From Eukaryota sp. TZLM1-RC (lineage: Eukaryota; Protista; Metamonada: BaSk clade): a stretch of DNA of 64,000 nucleotides. The notes beneath the pieces are model-generated. The model made no database searches, was not told the DNA's origin, and was given only the letters and a program-made list of their open reading frames with translations. Location: positions 186,001-250,000 of the forward strand of contig JAUPSS010000013.1 of NCBI GenBank assembly GCA_040285825.1. Direction: 5' to 3'. The translations under genes were made by a program, and so were the position numbers. Shown here one piece after another: positions 34,065 through 47,467 of the stretch (its first letter is position 1; every line of letters begins with the position of its first letter).

Positions 34065-36963
34065 TCACCCACTAAGATACTTGTTTAAAATTGTTATAAG
34101 TTTTTGCTTAGTAACAGGCTGGTGTTAGTCGATGAAGGGACATACTTTGGGTAGAAAGTCTTGCATAATACTCAAACAATCCTGAACAGTGGAAATGCTC
34201 AAATCTGCAGTTAACGCTATAATGTCCGTCCGAGGAAGAGACTTTGTCTGTTCCAAAAGGCGTATTTGTTGAGAGGTTTCCACTCCATTAAGTGGCTTCA
34301 TGCGGTAATCCATCAATATAAGCGAAATCTGTTGGTGATTTGTTTTGTACACAGCAATGGCTTCTGGGCCGGAGGATGCGGTCAATACTTTGACACCCAT
34401 AAGTGTCAATAACTTTGAGACAGAGCGTAGGTTCAATATGCTGTCATCTACCACCATGACTGTAAGATTCCCCACAGCTAATTGTTCTTCTACATGAGAG
34501 ACTGAAGGTTGTTGTGCCCAAGCCAGTAGCTTCCTAAGTAGCGTGTAGTAAGTTGTGGGAAGAAGCAGAAACTCGCCCGAAGAAATAGTGGTGCACGAAA
34601 GCTGCATCTCTCCCTTGTTTTGAATGATCAGAAGCAGCCTTGATACCGGTAAACATGACACAGCACTCAGAATTAAGGACATTCTAACATCAATCAATAC
34701 ATTGGTTGGACTTAAGGAGTGCAAATAGTTCCTAAATGCTACTGGATTGTCTTCAGTAAAAACATCAACATCACATGTAAAGAGACGTAGCTGCTCCACC
34801 AGGTTTTGAACAAGGAAACACGTTGTATCTCCAGCGAGAACAATCTTGATATTACAACAAGCAGACAAATAGGTTCTTCTCGTTGGGGGATGGCGTGCTC
34901 TGGTTAACTCAAAGTCAAACCAGAATCTTGAGCCTGGACATCAGAGTAACTAAAACCAAACAAACCTCGTCCTTCAGTAGATTCTACATTGATCTTAGTT
35001 TTCAACTTATCAGCCATTTTCTAGGATAAAGAAATGTAAACCTTCATACTTGGCTGAGATAGAGACCCAATCCAGCTCCTTGTACCGTCTTTTGTGGATC
35101 CTCCACCTCAAATGGTTCAAATACGTTGGCCATAAGCTGTGGACTCATTCCTATTCCTGTATCAGTTAGTTCAAACCTTATGTGTACCTTTTCTGCCAGT
35201 TGATGCAAGCATGACAAGCCTAACTTGATAGTTCCAGAGTCTGTAAACTTAACAGCATTGGCAACGAGGTTGAGGACAATCGTCTTTACTGCCCTTTCCA
35301 AACCGATAAAGTTGTCATCCAAACAAGGATGAATTACCTCGCTGAATAAAACATTCTGTGATGTACGTTCCCGATACATGTCATAAATAGCATCTACCAA
35401 AGAGACCAAATTAAACTCTGCAGGGGGAATGACGCTTGAAGTCTCCACCTCCACAGTCTCCAGCATATTAGATATGAGATTCTCCAGAATGTGGGAAGCG
35501 TCTTGAATAGCCTTCACGTTCTCCTTGACAGTTTCAGTGGTCATTGTTTCCATTATTAGTTCTGTGTTTGTTAGGATGGATGATATTGGAGTCCTCAATT
35601 CATGACTGAATAGTGCAAGCAGCTGTTGTTTCGCTCTTTTGGAGACCTTGGCTGATTCCAGAGCTGCCCTGAGTTCATGTTCTTTCAACACTCTTTCACT
35701 TATGTCTGTTATACAAAGGGCACGGGTTCGTTCAAGCTCGTCACTAAGAGGAAAGGATAACACATCCACTGTTCGCCCGTCTTTCAACAGTGCCCTGGTA
35801 ATATGGAGGATTCTCGGTGAGTCTAAGTCCAGCTCCATAAGTACCCTAATTGGCGCATCATCCATAAATGAATTACAAACAATGTTGAGAATCTTGGTCG
35901 TCTCCATCTCTTCAGTACAGAAAGCCTGATCACAGAATAGCTCCCTCATCTTTTCGTTCATGCAAAAGATGCTGTCTTTGTTGTAGAGAATGATTGCTAT
36001 ATTAGCCACGAATGAAACTTCCGATAATGCTTCCTTGAAACGCCACATCCGAAGCTCTGTACTGAAAAGATCTTCACGAACCTTTTGAGTCTCTGGATTA
36101 TCGGTAATGTTAAACAATAAAATGGTGGGATGATCTGGTGGTAGAGGTACCTTTTTGAAGGAAACGGGAATGGTTTTCCCAGACCTTAGGCGAGAAAGAC
36201 TGTGCTTGTTTACCGAATCAGCTAGCTCCCACAAAGCTATGTTCTCCCTTTCTGATCTCTCGGCAGTTTCCCTATCTAAGAAGTCATATAAGGAACACGT
36301 TGGAGAAGAAACTCCTACCGTCTCTCGCATTTGTCTGTTCATAAACTCAATTTTGCTAGGGGAGCAGTGTATTCCAATTGAGAAGGGAATCTCATCAAGT
36401 ATTTGTCGTATAAGGTCAGCTCCTTCAAAAACAACCTGCCGCACTCTAATGTATCCTATGACAGCCCCATGAGTATTCCTTTGAACACGTAAATGGAAGT
36501 GTGTGGTATGTGGATCAAACTCACCAATGCTGAAGTACAATGAAGTACTCTTTTGGCTGGCTTTTTCAATCATGCCAGCTACTTGGTGTTGGATGTTTGC
36601 ACGTTTAATCTCATCAAATTGATGTAGAAAGGTGGAATCAATCCAGGAAATGTGACATTGCTTACAAAACAGCACAGGATATACATCTTCTTCCATTAGG
36701 TGGTGAATAAAAGGATCGTTGCCAACCATTACTGTTTGGTCTTCAGTGGAGCAGATGTGATTCCATATCAGGGGTTTGTTGTGGAGAAGGCTACAAAAGG
36801 TTGTACTGTGGCCACTCTCTAAAATAGGGTTGAGTTTCCGAAGAGAATGGCCAACCAGATCACCACTAACTCTTGCCAGACTTTGTGAGTTTTCAAGTAC
36901 GCAGAATGTTTTATGAGAATAACTCAGTGAGTAGACGTGGGCATCTTTGTTGATGAGATCCAT
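34065..36963 (-). CDS. Hybrid sensor histidine kinase (PAS-like sensor, HisKA, HATPase, pseudo-receiver, receiver); introns 35021-35049, 34934-34965, 34119-34145
   Basis: SHELRTP, NLVANAVKFT, DTGIGM, FEPF, GAGLGL, spliced EGRGSRFWF, VVDD, LMDYRM, ALTA, spliced FLPKPV. Confidence 0.93.
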
Positions 36964-37826
36964 AACTGCAAGTGAGTTTTAGTGAGCTTCTTAACTTAAG
37001 TCTACAATTTACAGTACAAAAAGAGACGTTTACAGTCGCCTATATTAAATAAATTTGGTGCAATTTACTTAGTTGTTGCATTTTTGTATTTTTTAAATTA
37101 ATTTTTGTTTTTTTGTGTTTTACTATAACTTATTTTTTTAACTTATACCACATCAATTCACATTACTTAACAGCAGGTCCTTCTGAAAACATTAATGGAG
37201 AAACTTATTATCGTAAAAATACCTTTAATAGAATGTGCTCCACATGTTGATGTTCATTAATAGCTCTTGTCTTTAACTACGTTTCATTGAAAACTGTGCA
37301 AATTTTAATTAGCGACCATTCACAGAAGCTTTTATCAACTATCATAATTTGTTAGTTTTTTATTAATAAATATGCCAAAACAAATAGCAAATTGCTTATA
37401 ACCACTCAACAACAAACTGAATGTTATGGCAAATCGAAAAGAAAGTTTATTTTGAATTTAAATATATGAATAAATGAAATAGTATATGAACAGTTTTCAA
37501 TACTCAGCCAGCGAAAAGGAAATAATTACCCCTACAATACCACCATAGTTTATTGAAATATATTCCTTTATTAATGCTTATTTATTTATTATTCAAAGTT
37601 TATTACTGACTTTTCAAAATTACTATGATGACAGATTCAAACTATTCGCACAAGCCCATGGGAAAACATAAGATTCTTGGTTTATACTGATATATAATAA
37701 TAATTAACTAATATAGAATTACAGACGGGTTAAGCCCTACTTCTTTGTCAATAAAGGCTATGTATGACTTGAGAAAGAGCGTTTTGTGGGGTGAGTGAAA
37801 ACTGAGTGAGTAAAAAAAGTTTGTAC

Positions 37827-38818
37827 TCACAACCCACTCAAAAAGCGATCCTCAGTATACACACCATAATAATTTTGTACAACATTAAAGTTAACGATAG
37901 ATGAGTGTGAGGGGGATACATTATGGCTGTCTATGGGAGATGGGTTATGGCTAACATCTTCTGGGATTGTATACTTTAAACGACGAGGATCAAGAATTTG
38001 CTTGACAAGATTGACGAAATTAGTTTCATCATTGACTGAATGTTCACACCATGAAACTGCTAAAAAGTCCTTCAAGTGCTCTTCGTCACTAAAGAAAAAA
38101 GCAGATAATATAATAATTAATTTATGGGAAAGGGGAATTGGTATTGTCACCTGGGAGTCCATGTTCTTTTCAGGTCTTTTTTGGAAGGGTTAATCATTTG
38201 TTGAAAAGAATTTCCCAACACATGTAAGTGGTTAGAAGAATGAGAATGATATTGAGGAAACTTATCCCATATAGACTTCATCATTGTATCAAACATAATC
38301 TCTTGTCCAAAGTACTCTTGTGGAAAAAACCCTTGGATAATTGATACACATTGTGCTCACAATTCAGTACCCTGCAAAGGAAATTCCAAAAACCTTTGTC
38401 CCAAATGAAAATTTGAGACATTCAGCCAAATACCCTTGCCTCCAGGAACAAAACAAGGTGTCATTTTGTTCTGATCGATCAGAAGCTTATATACTTTATC
38501 AGGATGTAAATTGAAACGCTGCATATAATGTGGAATCTTCCAGGAAGAGTATTGATCAATGCAACGGATGATGTAGGATGACCATGGAGTAATTTGTTCA
38601 GAAGTAAAGACTAAAGAAGAATCTTGAAGTGGTACGGTTGAAATAACGTCGTTGTCCTGGAAGAAAGAGATTGCATAAGTAGCAGAAAATAAATTAAGGA
38701 GGACAGGGAACAGAGCAATGAAGGTGGATGAGGGTGGTAGGTGAGAATTCAAAATTAGTTTTGTCAAGTTTAGATTTTCAGATCTTCGTGGCAGGACTTT
38801 TCCCAACTGTTTTTCCAC
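37827..38818 (-). pseudogene. Interrupted ORF of unknown function
   Basis: Two adjacent coding-like ORFs (153 and 111 aa) separated by stops and a frameshift; no recognised motif. Confidence 0.25.
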
Positions 38819-41549
38819 AACTTAAAAATGTACTAAACAAAATTTAAACTATACAGTCTGTCTTTGTGTCTGTCCATCACTCAATCTATCAAGTAATGTA
38901 TCACACATTTAATCTATCTATCATTCTATCATTCTAATCATCAATCTATCATTCATACATTTAATTGACTGTTTTATGAGACAGAGATATGAATTTCAGT
39001 TGAAGTGGTATACTCGTCAAAACCATTTCAGAATCATGTATATATAGACTGATTAACAATAAAATTACATCAACAAAAGTGGTTTACGTTAACAAGTGAC
39101 TACAACTGCAAGTTTCACAAATAAACAATCAACAATTATAATGAATAGTTGGAATTCAGAAATATGAACAGATTCAATAAAATGAAATAAAAATTTCAGT
39201 TGATGTATTTGTTGTAATAAAACGAAACATGTTTTTATTAAATAATTTATTTCGTTCTTGCTTACTTTGTTGTAGTATATTTGCGTTTTTTCCTTCGATG
39301 GCCACATTGTGAAGGTTCAGTAGAGAAAAAGTTTTACGTACCTCATCAAGAGATGCAAAAATTTCTAAAAGGTCTTTCAGTTGTTCAGAATATTCGAAAT
39401 TCTTCTCGCAAAAATTAGGATTGTGGTAAAAATCAGCTGCAAAACCATTAACCAACCTCTGCACAATGTCACATAATATCCATCGACAAAATAATGTGTT
39501 GCCTTGCTGGAACACATTACAATGTTGAATATTGAAGAGGAGATCAGACTAAAATAAACTCCGAAATCACAATTTAACATGATTCTCGATGTAAATATAT
39601 CTCTTATAATAATCTTCATCAAAACAGTAGTTAAAGAAGACGATCCAAATTGATTTAGAATTGCCGGTCACTCTCAATAGCCACCATTGACCAAAAAATT
39701 CATGCTGATGTGTGCTACAAACAGGTACTAGACACTGCTGATTTGATAATAATGCAGTCTTCAGCTGTTCACCAATGTTTTCTGATATGACTCTGTATGC
39801 CACTTCAACAATTGATTGGCCCACAGCAGTGGGACAATTTTGAAAATTGGTTGTGGCGATTTTGTCTTTATAATTTGCAACAAAGGAGCCATTGATGATA
39901 TCAACATTGCTTCAAAAAGAATTATAGAAACTATTTCACAAACTTAATGTCTTTTAAGAATATAAAAAAAATAAAAAATAAAAATAAGAAGTAAAATGAT
40001 GTACTTGTTGGAATCCACTGGCCATTGTAAACACCATGACTAGTGAACGGTATTATTACAAAAGTAATATATATATATATATATATAAATTTGCCACATT
40101 ATATCAATCAACAGGCGATATATGTTGATATATTGCTGAAATCTACTTTTTATACATAGTAAATCAAACTCAGTTGTAAAAGCCAAGTCCAACAAAAGCT
40201 CTGAAGGAGAGAAACATAGTATTTGTTGAGCTTTACTGTTGCATGTAACGCTTTGTTCTCCATAGAATGAACTTGTTAACAAGTTTGAGCAATTTATCAA
40301 CATCTCTTAAGTCAATAGCATCTGATGTAAGACGTTTGGGGCGGTTGTCTCTATCTCTTGATCCTACCATAGAAGATAGGAGAAGGTTAGTATCGAGAAT
40401 ACCTGAGAATGCTGATTGTGACGAGCTCACCATCGAAGGTGTCGGTTGAACAGAAGGTTGGGTGTTAATGGAACTAGTAGTGGGAGGTGTGGACGGTACC
40501 ATTGGATGAGAATTAGGTTGAGCTGGTGCTGGAATTTGTTGGACTGTGGGAGTTTTGGATTGTTGAACTATATCATGAGTGGGCGTGGGAGACTCACTGC
40601 TGACTTCAACAACTTCGTCTACAACATTATGGCCAATTGGAGGTTAAATGGCAGTTTCCATAGGTTGGTCAGAGGAAGGTGGAACTTCCCTCTGTTGACG
40701 TTCAAAGGAAGGTTGGATTTCTTCAATCTGGGCTGGCACCTGATATGAAGATATTGCTGGTTGGACCAAGCAAGTATTTTTGATACAACTTTCAACCATC
40801 ACCCATTTTAACATTCTGGACTCAATACATTCACGGAAGATTGCGACGATCTCGAGAGCTCTTTGAAGATTTCCTGATCTTCTGTGGTCAGGACCACATT
40901 ATGAAGCGATATGGTCAGGACGTCTGTTGTAGAGAAAGAGTCTCTCACCATATGTGCTTTCGGTGAACCACTACCCTGTTCCGGAATCTCTATCGATAAA
41001 AATATCGAAAGAGGCGTTATATTCAGGGCTGAACCTAGGGTATGGGCAAGATTTGTAAATGTTAATGAAGAGGATATCTTCGTCTTCAGCGAAGCGTCTG
41101 AAGACACCCTTTCTGGTTGTTCTCATAAACCTAATTTCAGGTCTGGATTCATAGGTGAATCCGGGATCAACTCTAGTGTTTTCTGGGGTAATCCTTTTGT
41201 CCGTTAGATAAGGACCAATCCTGGGAGTGATCCATAATCCTAGATTGTTGCCATATCTAGGTCCAAAAACAGGAGGACCTCCCCTGCTCATTTCCGTAGG
41301 AAGAATGGTTTCTGGATCATTGGGATAATATTAATCCGATTAACCCTAGACTCACTGCGTTGAACGTTGGGATCGTGTTGACAAGAAGCACTGTGTTGGT
41401 GAACACCATTACTAGCATAGGAGTCAGAGTACAGGGGTACAGAGGGTACAGTTTGGACTGTTCCTTGATGAGTAAATGTGGATGTTTTTTTCCTTGTATG
41501 AATCTCTCCACCCAATCTTCTTCTAGTTTTTTTGTACTTCAACAAATGA

Positions 41550-41893
41550 AATTTCATCATTTAAAGCAAAAACAGTGACACTTTGTGTTGTCATTAATAA
41601 ATCTTCCCAATCGGCAAATCTTTCACACGACTGAAATTTTGCATTTCTGCATCAACCAATAAAAGCACGTGAACTAAGAATAGAAGTCTTTGTGCAACGT
41701 AAACCGCCATAATGTAAAACTAAGATAAGCATGATCTGTAATTTGGAAGATTTTACATCCTAGTAATTGTGACAAGACTTTTGCACGTGATTCATTAAAC
41801 TGCTGGGCCAAAGGACTAGTGATAAGAGGATTTGTAGATCGAAATATATGATTAAAGTTGGAACTGAAACATAGTCTTATAATGGTAAATTTG
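41550..41893 (-). mobile_element. Internal fragment of non-LTR subfamily B
   Basis: Reverse complement matches about 26060-26405. Confidence 0.82.
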
Positions 41894-42366
41894 AATAAAA
41901 GTATAATTGTTGTGTTATAATTGAATATTTCAGCAATTGATTTTCCCGAGTTCTGTTAAAATTGTGCTTTTTGAATTGAAAAACAAACCACCTAGATGGC
42001 TACTTCGAAGTTTGTTACCAACTTCTCATTATGTATGGCTGTCATTGAATGTCATTATTGATGACATTGAGCCAAACATTTCAACTCAACTATGTTCCAA
42101 TTGTTGTCCCAGATATAGATTGTTTTTGTGGTTTTCCTAAATTTATTCCTTTGATGTCTGTCGGTGCAAATTTTAAAGACATTGGTTTGATATCGTGTCA
42201 GCTTGTTTTGATGATATTGATCTTCAGATTGTTTTTGTAAAAACATATTTAGTATTTATAAACAGGATTTAGTTAAAATAGATTGATCAATGAATTACCA
42301 AAATTTAATCAAAAATTGCTCACGTGACATACTTCCATTTCGGTCTCTGCCACATCACCACACCTC

Positions 42367-43116
42367 ATGTTCTCTGCATCTGTTTTCCCAAAAGTTGGAA
42401 TCTCTGCAGCTGCCGTCTCTATTCTATTCTGTCTTTTCTTTGGTAACTTCTATTTTGATGATCTGCAAACAATCCCTTACATCTCCTATGTGTCTGGGAG
42501 ATACCCCTTTCTTCCTATTTTCAGTGGCGGACTCACTGTCACTGGAACTTGTATTGCCATCATGACCAACTTGTACGCTTCCATTGTTGGTTCTCGGAAT
42601 CCAAAGCTCTTCCCTTATGTGGGAGTTGTACTCGCTTTTATCTCAACAATGTCCATCATTGGTGGTTTCTCACTAGCTGCACTTTCTCTGGTCTCCGTTT
42701 ATGATTCTGTTATTCTCCACACAGTGTTTGCCCAAGTCTTGTATGTCCTTTCCTCCACTGATCAAAGTTTCTGGACCAATCTCTTAGCTAGTCTTGCTGT
42801 CACGATCGTTTCCTTCAAGGAGCACAAGATCCTCGTGTACAGAGATGATTCAACAAGGAAGAGGGCAGTGTTTTGGCTTCGTTACAGGTTTGTAGTAATC
42901 CTTAGTCTGCCAATTGTCACCATTCCCTATCTTCTACTCCCTGCTTTTGTAGATACTGAAAAGAATCCCTGGGTTGATTCTCTTTCTGCCCTATTACAGT
43001 ACATCTCTGTGACACTTGTCATTATGTTCTTTTTGTCAATGTCGTTCGACCTTTCCCTATATGAATTGAACATGAAACAAAAGGAGGATAGCGGGGTTCG
43101 ATCTCAGGTTTGTTGA
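42367..43116 (+). CDS. Frag1/DRAM/Sfk1 (TMEM150-like) multi-pass membrane protein; probable in-frame 27-nt intron 42741-42767
   Basis: IPYISY...P..PIFS.G, H.VFAQVFF after splicing, LQY; about 6 TM segments. Confidence 0.7.
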   Translation: MFSASVFPKVGISAAAVSILFCLFFGNFYFDDLQTIPYISYVSGRYPFLPIFSGGLTVTGTCIAIMTNLYASIVGSRNPKLFPYVGVVLAFISTMSIIGGFSLAALSLVSVYDSVILHTVFAQVLYVLSSTDQSFWTNLLASLAVTIVSFKEHKILVYRDDSTRKRAVFWLRYRFVVILSLPIVTIPYLLLPAFVDTEKNPWVDSLSALLQYISVTLVIMFFLSMSFDLSLYELNMKQKEDSGVRSQVC

Positions 43117-43504
43117 TGTTTGATAACAAGTGATGACGTGGCATTTCTGCAGACAATATGTTTGTTTTGTTATAAAGTAATGTGTTTGATTTTTGGATCT
43201 TTTTATAACAATTTGACTTGCCATCAATTCACCCTCTGTCAAGTTGTTTCAACCTCAAGTGGTATTTCTGCAAGTGGTAAAGTGGATAATATTCACCAGA
43301 TAAGTTTTTTGAATCTTTAAATTTGCAATGACCAATGTTACAGAAGGTCCTTCCCAAATTGTGATTGACTGTTTATCAAGTGATGTATTGAGATGTAATG
43401 TAGCCAAATGACAGGTTTAAATAGTATTGTGACTAAATGGTTGAAGATAGAATTTTGAACAAATAAATGAATTCAAAAACAAAAAGTTTATACAGAAAAC
43501 CAAC

Positions 43505-46179
43505 CTAATCCAGACGAACACTATCTACAAATTGTGCATTCTGGGATGCATTCTCAATGACTTGGGGAATGGTAAACTTCATGGATGGTAAGTTTCTGGC
43601 ACTAAAAAAGGCCTTAACCTCTTCAATGACATCAAAATCAGAAAGTCCTTCAAACAGGGAAGAAAAAGCCGATGAAAGAAGAGAAGAGGGGATAGTCTTG
43701 ACCAACTCGTCAAATTTTTCTGAAAATTTCCCCCACAAGTACTTCTGAGCCCCACTACGTTGACCCAGTCCACGTGTCAAAATGATCCAATCTTGTCTCC
43801 TGACACCATCACTTAAGCCAAACTCCCAAGCTTTTTCCAATTTTTCAGATGTATTTGCTGAATAACCAATTGATCTCAATAATCTTGAAACTTCAATTGA
43901 ATCATTTTTGGAATCAGAAACCATTTGAATCAACTGCTCAAAATTTTCCATTGAGTGCAAGCCGAACGCCGTGTAAATCGGAGTTTTTAGCTCCGAATTG
44001 ATTGATCCTTGCTTGAAAATTTCGTCACATTGCCCCAAAATTTCGGCATCTTCCAGCAAAACCAAACACAATAAAGTCGAACTTCGTACAAGACCAGCCG
44101 TCGAAGAACCTCCCGTCCATCCGATAACGTCTAAAAGCTTCTTGAGCAATTGTACAAAATGATTTTGTAATAATTCTCTTGGTAAAAGACCAATTAATGC
44201 TAATAATTCAGAAGTTATTGTTTCAATAGTCGAATGGAACCTAAAAACGTCATTTGATTGAATCACGTGTTCCAAAATTTTGGAAACGAGCTTGACATAT
44301 GTCGAAAAAGCACGTGCAGAACGCTTGCATAAGTAAAACGTGTCATCAACAAGTGACAGCAGATCAATAGGGCTCAAGAAGTCAAGAGAAGTCAAGAGCT
44401 GTTGATTTAGATCTGGAGCATATTCCACTCTAACAAACGAAGCCTTATCAGGATTAACAACGAAAACATGATCATCATAACCAGAAAAGTCAAACAAAGT
44501 CAAACTGTCCTTGAAAACCAAAGACCGAGTCTCCACTAGGGTTCCAGACCTATCAAAAACAGAAATCTGGAGTGGGACGTGCCATAATTGTTTCTCCAAT
44601 GTCAAACAGAAAGGCTCCTGACGAAGACACATTCTATGGGTAAGTTTAGATACCTTGATCAAAGGGTACCCTTTTTGGTGTACCCAACCATTCATAATAG
44701 ACTCCAACTCTTCAATTCCCGAGACTTCAGCGAAAACTGACCATAAATCAGAAGAAATAGTATTGCCCCATTGGAATTTAGCCAGATATTGTCTCAAGCT
44801 CTCCTGAAACTTGTCCTCCCCCATAAATGAAGAAATCATTCTAACAAGTCCAGCTCCTTTGAGATAAGTCTAATGGTAAGCAAAGTAAAGATCACACATA
44901 CGACATGGTCAAAAATTTCATCAATTTGACGAGGATGGTCTAACTCAACTTCAATAGAATGTGTGTTTTCCAATGAATCCAACTTCATTCCAGGAATAGT
45001 TGTTTCTGACACAGCTTGAGACATGTAGTCCCATTCAGGAAACAGAGAGGAAGTGCATAGATATCCCTAAGGTTAGTCGTGAAGGAAGATCCCAAAAACA
45101 TACAAGATATTCGGCAAAGGCCTCATTAAGGTAAAGGTATTTGAAACTGGATAGTGTGACCAAATTTCCAAACCATTGGTGAGCATTTTCATGAGACTAG
45201 AGTAAGTAAGGGTATCAAAAAGCAAAACAAACTATCACCATTGCCACTCGTTGTAGGGATTGAATTGAGGGTGATTCTGGTTCTACCAAAAGACAAGTAT
45301 CTCTGTAAGTTACCAATCCACTGTTCTCCATTGCTCCAAAGCCTGAGGTTAGAAGAAGTTAGGTGACTCAAAACAAACTGAAATCTGAGGTTAATTAGTT
45401 AAGTGAATCAAACCTGGAATAGCTACCAAGTCCATTTTGGGCAGGTAGTAAGGGATACCCAGAAAATCCTCAAACCATTCCAAACTCTTTTTAGCCATTT
45501 CCAATCCAAACTTAGCCCTACTACAATCACCCTTCCTACAATACACTCTGACAGGCTTCCCGTCTGAGAAGGTGTCTTCAATGTAGTCAAACTGGCCAAT
45601 AACCAAAGCAAAAAGGTAAGTCGCCATTGGTGGAAGCTCTTCAAACTCAAAGTATTGATGATCTTGTCTTGCTTCGTGGTATTTCACAGGCATGTTTGAA
45701 AGGGCAGTGAAACCAACGGGGGCCGTACAAGAGATGTTAAACTTGGCCTTCCTACCAGGGTCATCGATGCAGGGAAAAGTACGACGACAGTCAACGGCCT
45801 CGTGTTGCGTGGTTGCGATCCACCGTTTCTCCCCGTCATGCATGTAAGAGGATTTGTAAAAACCCACCATCTGATCGTTGAGTACACCCTTGCAGGAAAG
45901 TGTAATGGTGAGATCAGAAGGAGGTATTTCTTCTGGAAGAGTGATGGTGAGGGTTTCTTGGTCATTATTAGTGGATGACGTGCAATCGAGAGTTGCGGAG
46001 GTAGAACCCACTTCTATGGTTGGTTGCTTTGTGACAGTGAGATCAAGTTGGTGGAATGTGAGGGATGTTGTTGATTGAGATGTGGAACACTCTATAGTGA
46101 CCATTACATCATATTCAAAAGTGGAGAAGTTTGGATCAAAGAAGGCGTTGTATCTATGTGGGGTTATGAAGGAGGACAT
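43505..46179 (-). CDS. M1 zinc aminopeptidase (puromycin-sensitive aminopeptidase-like), 5 introns (45385-45413, 45343-45378, 45197-45232, 45067-45103, 44870-44901) and a 6-nt microexon
   Basis: GFYKS, TQHE, R.TFPC.D.P..KA.F, PPMATYL, spliced [24 protein letters not shown]...LNE, YLKGA. Confidence 0.95.
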
Positions 46180-47467
46180 GATGAAGAATTGGGTTTAATT
46201 GACTATCTGTAATTTCAAATCCAATTCTGTCGTGCACACGGTTGCACGCATTGCAGGACTTGAATGGGTTACAACAAAATCAATGATGTTCTCTGTGAAT
46301 GGCAAAAGATTTGTTCGTCGTCATAGAATGGTTGAATTTAAATTCAACTCAAGCATAAAGAAACTGCCATACAAATAGAATTCAAAAAGGTAATTAAGTT
46401 ACTAAATGAATAGCCATTGAAAAATTCTTATGGTCATTGCTCAATGGCTTGATTGTATTTAGCTCTCAGCAATTTCATTAACTCTTCAATTACAGAAAAT
46501 CATTCTATAGGTAAGATTTATGATTCAATACTCACTCCTAAAGCCATCATAATCAAGTAAACTCAACAATCAATGACTTGCCGAAACTAGAGAGGAAGTT
46601 GACTGGGTTAAAATTGTTAAGTATAATCATCAACAATCACGATTACTTTCAGCACTTACTTACATCATTTCATTGTTGGAAAACATTTTAAGGAAAGTGT
46701 ATGATAAAAATTGAAGTGTTCTTATTATCATAAATGAACAAGAAATTAAGAAATTAATTAAGAAAAAAAGAAATTAAAAATTAATTAAGAAATTAATCCA
46801 TCAGCAACTTTTTGGTTTGTTTTGTTTATCAGTATTTTAAGTTTGATTATTTTCAAAATAATATTATTTTATTTTTGAAAATAAGATTGCAAAAACAATT
46901 TGTTTCATCCATTATATGAAAAACCAACTTTTCTAGTAAAATGAACACAAAAACAAGATTCAACACTAGCTACTCAGTCCGGTACCTTACATCTGCTGGT
47001 GAAGAAGATGAAGTTTGAGAGATGCTGTGCTCATTCCATCAACTAGCCATGTAGTAGCCACTTTTAGCACATTGAATGCTTATATTGTCGTACTAAACGT
47101 CAGAAGCAGTACCTGTCGAGAGGTGAGTGACACTATCCGAATTGAAGTAGGAATCATCCATTCCGAATCTCAAGAACACGTGGTCATTGACATATCCCTT
47201 CCAGTGAATATCAAGACAAAATAAACCTAAGTTGAAATGGTTAAGTTGATTGTCGCGCAGAAATGCCTTCAGTGCTCACCAGCGTCTTAACGTTGAGCAA
47301 TCCAATGATAGTACACAAGAGAATGACAAGATAAATAGTAATAGTTGTAGGTGAGATTGACAATGGAAATTTTTGAGTTTTTTGACTGGCACGTTGCAAT
47401 GAAATGAATTTTAAAGAATTCCAAATAATCTTCCAACTGCTTCATTGGAGGTGTTTCAACGGTAGTA

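Noticed and set aside
39174-39824. Possible Ulp1-like protease relic (QWWLL...QQGNTLFC)
   Set aside because: Heavily interrupted and the catalytic His is not seen; too weak without a profile search.
40040-41540. Possible decayed gag/5' region of another retroelement on the minus strand
   Set aside because: No LTR, TSD or zinc knuckle could be identified.
43130-43200. RTGATGA as a snoRNA C box (also at 53371)
   Set aside because: No appropriately placed CTGA D box or terminal stem.
46960-47370. GC-richer segment that might be a small spliced gene or ncRNA
   Set aside because: No consistent ORF, consensus intron set or recognisable RNA structure.
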